From positions 1,184,001-1,248,000 of the forward strand of contig JBGAHS010000001.1 of NCBI GenBank assembly GCA_044226015.1: a stretch of DNA of 64,000 nucleotides. The letters are read 5' to 3'. This document shows positions 9,966 through 17,471 of the stretch, piece by piece. The stretch comes from Candidatus Obscuribacteraceae bacterium (GTDB lineage: Bacteria; Cyanobacteriota; Vampirovibrionia; Obscuribacterales; Obscuribacteraceae). The position numbers and the translations under genes are program-made. How positions within the stretch are numbered: the first letter of the stretch is position 1; each line of letters opens with the position of its first letter. The notes beneath the pieces were generated by a model, which did not search any database, was not told where the DNA came from, and worked only from the letters and a program-made list of their open reading frames with translations.

Positions 9966-10460
9966 ATTTTCCTATGGCGGCGGACACATGGTATTCATCA
10001 CGCGCGAAGCCACCCGCCTGGGGATCGCCATAGGGGGTCGGCTGGAAATTCAGACCCCACCTGGCAATGACGAGCTTGGGAAAGCCCAGTGGTTCTAAGC
10101 CCCCTCTGCCCTAAGACCTGTCTTTTAGAAACACCGTGTTATAGCACAGTGTTAGCGCTAACCTGATTACAACCGGTTCAAGCCTTGGTACTACACAGGC
10201 TTCTTTAATTAAAAGGCTGATGAATTGGCTAACCAGAGAGATATGGTTAGGAAGTGGCACGTTGGATAGGGCGTTGCAGCTGTTTTGACCTAAACCAAAG
10301 TAGTCGAATTTAAATGAGTGAAGATCCTCAAGCATTAACACTCTGTCCTATCAATGTGTATAGAGATGTAGCTCTAAGAAAAAAAAAAAAAAAAAGAGTT
10401 TATATGGTTAGTTGCTCTCTATAGAGCTATGACAAGGCTTTCGACTGACACACTGCTAGA

Positions 10461-10588
10461 TGGACTGTTGTGGACTGTTGGACGGTTCGTTTCTCTATAG
10501 GGGAACAGTCCTGGATTCTTATGAACAGTCCACTTACCTATGGACGGTTGCTTCTCTTGTCTCGCAATGCTTTGCTGTTAACCGTCCA
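10461..10588. repeat. Cluster of seven GGAC(T/G)GTT iteron-like repeats in both orientations
   Basis: Forward copies at about 10462, 10472, 10480, 10542; reverse copies (AAC[AC]GTCC) at about 10504, 10524, 10580; next to an A17 run (10379-10395). Confidence 0.7.
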
Positions 10589-10703
10589 ATTATTCTTTAG
10601 TGTTTATAGGGCTGATTCGATTCGTTTACACAGTGCAAGAGAAGTGTAACGGAGTGACACAGTGATAAGAGCGCGGTGTTAATGCAATGCGTTCTGGGTT
10701 CAC

Positions 10704-10736
10704 TTGACACAGTGTATATCCACCGTGTTAAATACT
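10704..10736 (+). promoter_or_regulatory. Putative sigma70 promoter of the serine recombinase, overlapped by CAC[AC]GTG boxes
   Basis: Perfect TTGACA at 10704-10709; the -10 region is AT-rich but imperfect. Confidence 0.45.
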
Positions 10737-10776
10737 CTTATTGTTAACACATTGAACCAGCAGCGTGTGAGGAAGT

Positions 10777-11463
10777 ATGAAAGCTAAGCATGACAAATTG
10801 ATCGCTTTGACCAGGGCGTCGAGAACGACACAAGCAGAATCACCCGCGACTCAAATCAAAAAGATTGAGGAATTTTGTGAAAAGCAGAATTGCCAGATAG
10901 TTGGCAAGATGAATGCATTCGAATCTCGCAAGAAAGCTAATAGAGATACCGTGAAGGTTGCACTTGAAGAAATAAGAGCCGGCAAGGCTAATGGAATCAT
11001 TTGCACTCGCCTTGACCGCCTTGCAGGTAACCTGCTGGAGCTGCTGAAGATTGGTCAACAACTGGACGAGCACAGAGCAGTTTTTGTATGCACTGACCAA
11101 AACATAGATACTCGCACTCCTGAAGGTAAACTCTTCTTTCACATGCTTGGAGCCATTGCCGAGTTTGAACACGGATTGATTACCGCGCGCATAAAAGACG
11201 GCAAGGCTCATGCAAAGGCTGAGGGTAAATTTGCTGGTGGCTCAGTTCCGTTTGGCTACGATGTTGTGAAGACTGCTCCAAAAGAAGTTGGAAGGCTGGT
11301 TGAAAAGCCTGAAGAGCAAAGGATTATCAGGCAGATAATCAAATGGAGAGATACCGACAATTGCTCTTACCAGGCTATTGCTGATTTCCTGACTGAACAA
11401 ACGGGTAAAACCTGGCATAGGAATCAAGTGGTTAGAATCTATGAACGAGCCTCAGAGAAATAG
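10777..11463 (+). CDS. Serine recombinase (resolvase/invertase family) with a short C-terminal DNA-binding region
   Basis: TRAS (catalytic Ser), RLDRL, IDTRTPEGKLFFHMLGAIAEFE, GGSVPFGY; GAGG RBS. Confidence 0.92.
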   Translation: MKAKHDKLIALTRASRTTQAESPATQIKKIEEFCEKQNCQIVGKMNAFESRKKANRDTVKVALEEIRAGKANGIICTRLDRLAGNLLELLKIGQQLDEHRAVFVCTDQNIDTRTPEGKLFFHMLGAIAEFEHGLITARIKDGKAHAKAEGKFAGGSVPFGYDVVKTAPKEVGRLVEKPEEQRIIRQIIKWRDTDNCSYQAIADFLTEQTGKTWHRNQVVRIYERASEK

Positions 11464-11465
11464 CT

Positions 11466-11807
11466 CTATTCCTGCTTCTTTCTTCGCTTCTTTTTCTCTT
11501 TCTCTTGCGGTTTCTCGATGAAAGGGTCCTGCTTCTCGATATTCAGTCGATCCATGATAGGTCCGAGAAGCCGCCCCCTTAAAATGCATTCGCACCAGGA
11601 GCAGACCCAGTATTTAGTATCCTCTTCGTTTGGTGATGTATATTGTCCGCATGACGAGTTGCCACAGGTCTGCTTTGTGCAATAGATGCAGATTCGAAAG
11701 CGTCCGCTTTTGATCTCGCCAAGGCACCTCTGACAAATTCTGGAATAGTTTCTTCTCTTAGCCATGACGGCGTTATACCCAGAAAGACCAAAAGAGACCG
11801 CACTCAT
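11466..11807 (-). CDS. Hypothetical Cys-rich (zinc-finger-like) protein with a basic tail
   Basis: CQRC, CIYC, CGNSSC, CSWC motifs; likely start at MAKRR. Confidence 0.55.
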   Translation of the reverse strand: MSAVSFGLSGYNAVMAKRRNYSRICQRCLGEIKSGRFRICIYCTKQTCGNSSCGQYTSPNEEDTKYWVCSWCECILRGRLLGPIMDRLNIEKQDPFIEKPQEKEKKKRRKKQE

Positions 11808-11846
11808 TGAAAACGGTCTCTTTATCAGTCGGAATGATGGCTATTT

Positions 11847-12737
11847 CTAAGCGTTTCTACGCTGATGTCGGTACGAGAACAAAGCGTCCATTGCTTTTGT
11901 CATAGCGCTGATAATAGGCTGCCTATCAGCACGAGCATAGATTAGAGTTGAACGCGGGTCTCTGTGATTGAGCGTCTTTTGAATAATTGCTAGAGATGCG
12001 CCCGTTCTAAGCATCCAGCTTCCTAGCGTTCGCCTGAGATCGTGAATGCGCAAATCGTTCAGTCCAGCACGGGCAACAATGTCATACCAAGTTTTTCGAG
12101 GGTTCTGCATGTGACCCTGACCTCGAGCCCCAGGAAAAACGTACACCGCTGTATCTTTGAACGCAGAACGATTTCTCAGCAGGGTTATAGCTTCCGGAAG
12201 CAATGGCACAATGTACGGATCTCCATTTTTCGAATCCTGGGTTATCCAGATGCCTTGCTCAAGGTCAATCTCGCTCCACTTCATAGCTTTGACCGTGCCA
12301 GACCTGGCTGCTGTGTAGACGCAGATATAGAGAAAGTCTCTAACGGTTCTACTCTCGCACGAATCAATTGCAGCGAACAGCGGCTCAACTTCATCTGGAA
12401 GCAGAAAGCGATCTCTGCTCCGCAGGCGAAACTTTTTTATTCTCTGAGCCGGATTACTACCGGCATACAAATCCCAGTCCAACATGCGGTTGTAGACGCT
12501 ACTAATAACTTCGATTGCTCTATTTGCTGCTGTCCTTCCAGCGGAGTTTCCGATCTCAGTGTGAAGAACTTGCAATTCGTAACGACTGATTGTGTGTAAT
12601 TTGCGTTTTTCGAGATTCTTCAAGTAGCGATTTCTCAGTCCGATTACTTCGTGAAAACTCTTCAAATGCTCTTTCGCATATTTTGCATAAAGGTCGAAGG
12701 CTTCACCGAATGTTGTTAGTTTGGTTACTTTTTGCAT
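11847..12737 (-). CDS. int: Tyrosine recombinase / phage integrase
   Basis: Catalytic R (TAARSG), K (SKNG), HDLRR, LNH, IYAR; GGGAG RBS; adjacent to the tRNA fragment. Confidence 0.93.
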   Translation of the reverse strand: MQKVTKLTTFGEAFDLYAKYAKEHLKSFHEVIGLRNRYLKNLEKRKLHTISRYELQVLHTEIGNSAGRTAANRAIEVISSVYNRMLDWDLYAGSNPAQRIKKFRLRSRDRFLLPDEVEPLFAAIDSCESRTVRDFLYICVYTAARSGTVKAMKWSEIDLEQGIWITQDSKNGDPYIVPLLPEAITLLRNRSAFKDTAVYVFPGARGQGHMQNPRKTWYDIVARAGLNDLRIHDLRRTLGSWMLRTGASLAIIQKTLNHRDPRSTLIYARADRQPIISAMTKAMDALFSYRHQRRNA

Positions 12738-12884
12738 GAAATCACTCCCAGGGATACCACTTGAAATGGTGATGGTCGAATCTGAAATTTTTCTGGCGAG
12801 GCTCCCGCATTGAGCTACGTGGTATTTCCCTCACAAAATCGTGTAGCCCGAAAGTGTGTGGTAGCGCTAGTTTTCGGACGGGTT

Positions 12885-12910
12885 GACAGGTTCAAATCCT
12901 GTCGTCCCGA
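12885..12910 (+). other. tRNA-Pro 3' fragment (T-arm and acceptor strand), probable prophage att site
   Basis: ACAGG-TTCAAAT-CCTGT T-arm followed by CGTCCCG-A, as in tRNA-Pro; no matching 5' acceptor strand upstream. Confidence 0.75.
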
Positions 12911-13127
12911 TTCTATAAATTGAACGTTCCGACACTGTTGTGCTTCGCGACGTATTTAATAGCATCGGTCCTTGCGTGACTCGTTTTCTCGGACCTGAAT
13001 TAGTTGTCGGCGGCGTGTTTGTTTCGCAAAATGTATTATTCGCGCAGTGTTCGTCCTGGCGCGACGCTTTCTTTGTTGCGTAGTTTTTGAGACTAGTTCG
13101 TTCAGTGCTGAATCAACTTTAGGCTGG

Positions 13128-13823
13128 TCACAAAGGCTGCTTTGTCGGCTGCAGCTCGGCTGCAAGGTCCATTCCTAATTTATTGAGAGGTTCGAGCAGG
13201 TCTTCTGGCAAAGAAGCGCGCAGAGTGAGTAGCGCACCATTCGGATGTTTCACATCAAGCTGAATCGCATGGAGAGCCATGCGCTCTAAGCCATACTCGT
13301 CTTTGAAGAATCTATTGATTTCGCCTTTTCCATAGCGAACGTCGCCGATGATGGGGTGGCTGATGTGTTTTAGATGCCGGCGGATCTGATGCAGTCTCCC
13401 TGTAACGGGTTCGGCAAGTACAAGTGACCATCGGTCTTTGTGAGCGAGCACGCTGAATTTTGTAACGGCAGGAACCCTTTTGCTTTTCTTGCTTTTCTCT
13501 TTTGGAACTGGATGGTCAACGAGTTGGTCTTCTCTCATCGGACCCCGAACCAACGCTATGTATTTTTTCTGAAAGCGCTGTGCTTCTATTTCCTCTTGAA
13601 TGAAGCGAGCCGTCTCTGCGTTTTTTGCGAATAGAAGAACCCCGCTCGTGCCTCGGTCAAGACGATGTATTGCGTGCACCTGAGCGTGTGTTATCTGGTC
13701 GCGCACAATGTCCGAAACAGTTTCGGAATCAAGACCCCACCCGCGGTGCACAATCATTCCTGCTGGTTTTGAAACAGCAATAAGGTAGTCGTCTTCATAT
13801 ATTACTTCGATAAGGTCTGGCAT
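13128..13823 (-). CDS. RluA/TruC-family pseudouridine synthase
   Basis: KPAGMIVH, HRLDRGTSGVLLFA, TGRLHQIRRH, PIIGDVRYG, LHA motifs (ORF track start 13895; MPDLIE is the more likely start). Confidence 0.92.
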   Translation of the reverse strand: MPDLIEVIYEDDYLIAVSKPAGMIVHRGWGLDSETVSDIVRDQITHAQVHAIHRLDRGTSGVLLFAKNAETARFIQEEIEAQRFQKKYIALVRGPMREDQLVDHPVPKEKSKKSKRVPAVTKFSVLAHKDRWSLVLAEPVTGRLHQIRRHLKHISHPIIGDVRYGKGEINRFFKDEYGLERMALHAIQLDVKHPNGALLTLRASLPEDLLEPLNKLGMDLAAELQPTKQPL

Positions 13824-13980
13824 TGCAGCTCGGTTAGCTTTGTGATTGAAATCGCCTATTACGTAGAATTGGTCGAAATCAACGGGGGCAACCATACACT
13901 CTTGAAACTGTACGTGATTCAGATCTCGCGTTTGTTTGGAGTTCTATTATCAGAGTATCACTACGGTTGAGGATAAACCA

Positions 13981-14343
13981 ATGAAGAAATCACTCTTAGC
14001 ACTTGCACTCGTTCTTCCTTTTATTTCAATTCCACAAGCTCAATCTGCTGAACTTTCGGAATATATGCAAGACACGCTAATGTTGCCGGTTCGTGGGGCT
14101 GCCATTGTGTCTGCATTGGGCGTAACAATGCCAAAACGAGCTATTCGAGGCGCGCTAACTGCAGCCAAAGATATGGCTCCTGAGTCTGGTCCAGACACTG
14201 TCGTTTTCGAATATGCTGCTGTTCCGTTGGGATTTGCTGCAGGTGCTCTGGCAGGTTCTGTTGCTGTCGATGACACCGGCAGTACTATCAACAAGGCTTG
14301 GGATAAGCCATTCTCAAATGAATCTTTCAACATCGATCAATAA
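13981..14343 (+). CDS. Secreted/membrane hypothetical protein
   Basis: Signal peptide MKKSLLALALVLPFISIPQAQS; GAGGA RBS. Confidence 0.7.
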   Translation: MKKSLLALALVLPFISIPQAQSAELSEYMQDTLMLPVRGAAIVSALGVTMPKRAIRGALTAAKDMAPESGPDTVVFEYAAVPLGFAAGALAGSVAVDDTGSTINKAWDKPFSNESFNIDQ

Positions 14344-14430
14344 TTTTAGATAGTGAGAGTCTGTCCTGAAGTCAACGATTCCTGGGGAGATACCGGATAA
14401 TTCAACTCTGAAATGATATGGACTATCTAG

Positions 14431-14458
14431 AGGGAGGCACCAATTGCGGTGCCTCCCT
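14431..14458. terminator. Hairpin between convergent genes
   Basis: AGGGAGGCACC-AATTGC-GGTGCCTCCCT, 11-bp stem. Confidence 0.65.
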
Positions 14459-14462
14459 TCTC

Positions 14463-14924
14463 TTAGCTGAAATTCAGTGCTGATGGGGGGATGCTTGCGA
14501 CAACTCCATTCTTTATTTCAAATTCTGCAAGTGATTGGCTGTTTGAGCCTATGCCAGGAACTTGATTGAACATATGCAAAAGCATCAAGGGTACAAGAAC
14601 TTTTGCTTTGACGATGTTCAGTTGTTGCTCGAAGGAGCGATTAGACCGGTCGTCTAGCTTTGGGGCAAAAAATTTTGCGCTTGCGGCTGTATTCCCCGAA
14701 AATCCTGTGGATTCAGGAGATTTGAGGTGAGTTGGCTCGAATTGGTTTTGAAGCTTTGAATTCAGGAGGTTTTTATGGCTAAAGCCCTGTCCCTCTGCCA
14801 TTGTTGGACCTACGGCGCTCTTGCTATCGTTAGTCTGAACAAGGTTTTTCGGCGCTTCTGCCAAACAAACGTTTGCTGATTCTTGAGCAGGACATTTCTT
14901 GCAATTGAATGCTGAAGGTAACAT
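14463..14924 (-). CDS. Hypothetical protein
   Basis: 153-aa ORF with GAGG RBS and a clear upstream promoter; no recognisable motif. Confidence 0.5.
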   Translation of the reverse strand: MLPSAFNCKKCPAQESANVCLAEAPKNLVQTNDSKSAVGPTMAEGQGFSHKNLLNSKLQNQFEPTHLKSPESTGFSGNTAASAKFFAPKLDDRSNRSFEQQLNIVKAKVLVPLMLLHMFNQVPGIGSNSQSLAEFEIKNGVVASIPPSALNFS

Positions 14925-14958
14925 TTGCTTCGCCTCGGTTGAAGGTGTCGATAGGTTT

Positions 14959-14987
14959 ATAGTAGACCGGTCGGTCTAGTTCGTCAA
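14959..14987 (-). promoter_or_regulatory. Sigma70 promoter with a TetR-family (NemR-like) operator in the spacer
   Basis: Minus strand TTGACG-17 nt-TACTAT; palindrome TAGACC-GGTC-GGTCTA at 14963-14978. Confidence 0.7.
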
Positions 14988-15082
14988 GCCCTGATTTGCT
15001 TAAATCGATAACATCTTCATTGGAGTGGCAGTTTAGGTATGACTAAAGCTCGCTGCTAATGCAGTCCAAGCAGGCTACTGGT

Positions 15083-17284
15083 TTAAGTAGGCATGTATGG
15101 TTTATCCAAGGCTGGCATATGATGCGGCTCAAGCTGAGATTGTTCTACACGCAAAGAAGGTGAATTCACTTCCTTATATGGGGATTTTTGTGTGAATAGC
15201 AGTTGAAAGTCGCTTAATTTGAGACATGCCCGCAAGCCATGAGCTGCTTCTGCTGTTGAAAATCTGGTCATTTTGTCTTTCGCATCAATGGCACTCATTA
15301 TATTGAGGCTTCCATCCCACGCCAGAACCTGATGATCAATGAAGGCTGCTTTCTGGTGGCACTCGGAAAGGACGTATATTTGTGCTCCAAGCTCTCTTAA
15401 CTTATGCAGGCTGCTCCAAACAGAGCTTTCGTCAATGCTTCCATGTTCGCAAGGTGGGCGAGTATAGATCGTCACTTTGACTCCACGATTGATCAATCTT
15501 GCAAGTCTCTGAAGCATTGTCGCCGAGCGCCATTTCCCGACGAATCCCGTTACGATTTCAAGGCTTTCCCTGCATCTTTCGAGATCTTGATAGAAAACAG
15601 GCCAAAATGATTGTGCATCATAAAATTGTGTTTCAGCTGCACTTCTTTCCAGTTTTGCAGGAGCTTCCAACATAGAAACGATGCTATTTCTATCAGCCTC
15701 CTGGTCAGAGCAGATTTGCAACCAGTCAAAAATATTTCCGCCAAGCCATTTCGTCACTATCGCCTTCTCGGACTTTGGCGTGCTTTGCAGTGGCTTGTAT
15801 TCACCTATTAATGTAACCGCCTTCTTTGCCATGCTTGCTGCCCAGTAAAGCGTGGCTGGTGTGGACTGGCTCGGCTCATCGACTATGAGTACGTCTGCGT
15901 TGAAGAAGTCTCTGCCGTAGCTTGTAGTTTTCATAATTGTGGTGGCAATTAATTTTGCGTCGTTAATTAGCGCAGCCGTATTTAGTGCTGGTGTTTTATC
16001 AAGTACACTTTTGCTCTTTTTTGAGTCTAAAATGTCTTGCTCTAGGGCTTTTTCGAGCAGCTCGATGTTTGTCTCTTCTGTTCGGAACTGTCTAAGTTGC
16101 TTTTCTATTTTCTCCGTCAGCTCCATCAATTGAGAATAGAGCTTTTGTTGTTCAGCAGCTAGTGTGATGCACAGTTTGTCAATGTCAACGGCTTTATTGA
16201 CGAGCATATTCATCCGCTCGAAACAGTCCCTACCGCTTGCAATTAACCGTGCTGTCTCTGCGGTTTTATCGAAGTTTTGACTGATAGCTAAGTATGCTTT
16301 CTCTAGCTCTTTGTGTTCTTGTTCAATTGTTTTTCTTTGAGAAAGTAAGCTGCCTAGTTCGATCGAACATTTTTCCGACTTCTCTCTCAGGAGATTGCGC
16401 TCTTGAATCTGAATCTGAAGTTGTTTGAGTTCTGCTTTTATTTGGACGCAAAAATCAAGCCTCTTATCGATGGCAAGCGCATTCTCTGCGCGTTCGCTCT
16501 GATCTTTACTTAGAAGTTCTTTCACAGAAAGCAGCGGAAAACGCTCGGCTAGCTCTGACGATTTGAGTTCGCCCAGTCGCAGTATTTGCCGGTTTTTGTA
16601 GTAAGTGTTTTCTAGATGCTCTGCCACCGCAGAAACTGCAGAATCTACACCGGCATTCGTTTGGCTGACCAGCAAGACTTTTCGACCAGCATTCATGTGT
16701 GCTTCAACAATGCTTGCAAGCAAGCGGGTTCTGTCTTCACCTGCTGGTCCCCAGATCACCGAAAGAGAGTGGGTAAGTGTGTGTTGAATAGCCTTGTTCT
16801 GGCGCGCGGTCAGTGCATTGTCGGTGCTGAGTGATTGCGCCAAGTCTGTGACTGTAATTCTGCTTGCTCTGGAATCCAGCATTGCTTCCGCTAATTCAAA
16901 CTTGTGCACTTCGCGAAAGTTATCTAGAAGTTTTTGTTTGAGGAACTCTAATGGAAGATTGGTCGCAGATGTTAGTACCGCATATGGTATCGTTTTGCCT
17001 AGATTGACTTCCGTCCTGACTTTGACTTGCTGATTGTCACGATAGATTAGTTCTGCCTTGTAAGCGCCGTTCTCGGTTTTTATTGATAGAAATCTTTCAG
17101 AGATTTCCACATTTTGGTCTAGCAATTGAAATGAGTACGTGAATTTCGTCAGATTATTAGCTAGCTCACCATTGAATAGTTTGCTAATTTCAACTGATTC
17201 ACTTTGAAAGGCTTGAATCTCTTCCTCGATAGCCTGAACTATCTCAAGGATTCTTGCCTGAGTCCGACTCATATTCAATTTCAC
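15083..17284 (-). CDS. Degenerate Upf1/DNA2-like SF1 helicase with a coiled-coil insert, fused to a PLD-like (HKD) domain
   Basis: WGPAGEDRT (degenerate Walker A), LLVSQTNAGVD, LIVDEPSQ; C-terminal HQKAAFID...WDGSLN. Confidence 0.75.
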   Translation of the reverse strand: MKLNMSRTQARILEIVQAIEEEIQAFQSESVEISKLFNGELANNLTKFTYSFQLLDQNVEISERFLSIKTENGAYKAELIYRDNQQVKVRTEVNLGKTIPYAVLTSATNLPLEFLKQKLLDNFREVHKFELAEAMLDSRASRITVTDLAQSLSTDNALTARQNKAIQHTLTHSLSVIWGPAGEDRTRLLASIVEAHMNAGRKVLLVSQTNAGVDSAVSAVAEHLENTYYKNRQILRLGELKSSELAERFPLLSVKELLSKDQSERAENALAIDKRLDFCVQIKAELKQLQIQIQERNLLREKSEKCSIELGSLLSQRKTIEQEHKELEKAYLAISQNFDKTAETARLIASGRDCFERMNMLVNKAVDIDKLCITLAAEQQKLYSQLMELTEKIEKQLRQFRTEETNIELLEKALEQDILDSKKSKSVLDKTPALNTAALINDAKLIATTIMKTTSYGRDFFNADVLIVDEPSQSTPATLYWAASMAKKAVTLIGEYKPLQSTPKSEKAIVTKWLGGNIFDWLQICSDQEADRNSIVSMLEAPAKLERSAAETQFYDAQSFWPVFYQDLERCRESLEIVTGFVGKWRSATMLQRLARLINRGVKVTIYTRPPCEHGSIDESSVWSSLHKLRELGAQIYVLSECHQKAAFIDHQVLAWDGSLNIMSAIDAKDKMTRFSTAEAAHGLRACLKLSDFQLLFTQKSPYKEVNSPSLRVEQSQLEPHHMPALDKPYMPT

Positions 17285-17471
17285 CTTAAACCACAGTTGG
17301 GATGTTAAAGATTAATTTGAAAAAGAGGCAGTCGGTTTCCCGCAAAGGCGGGCTTTAACACCAGGCTATGCGACTGGCTGCGCTAGCGCGAACGTCAATT
17401 TTCTTTTTCAATTCAGAGGCGCGTGTATCTTGTTATTTGTTGTGGAATAGGGTTCTTGGTTACTCATAGGG

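Larger units (their letters stand above)
1..12910 (-). mobile_element. Prophage (podovirus-like, T7/BPP-1-type head and tail module), right end; continues beyond the left edge of the window
   Basis: Contiguous terS-terL-portal-scaffold-capsid-tail tubular genes on the minus strand, a tyrosine integrase, and a tRNA-Pro 3' fragment at 12885-12910 followed by host housekeeping genes. Confidence 0.9.

Noticed and set aside
10111..10341. 76-aa ORF in the prophage non-coding block
   Set aside because: No RBS or motif; overlaps the regulatory repeats
12840..12910. Functional tRNA gene
   Set aside because: The 5' acceptor strand (CGGGACG) is missing and the D and anticodon stems do not pair
1..12910. 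Diversity-generating retroelement as in BPP-1-like phages
   Set aside because: No reverse transcriptase or TR/VR pair in this window; the distal tail region lies outside it
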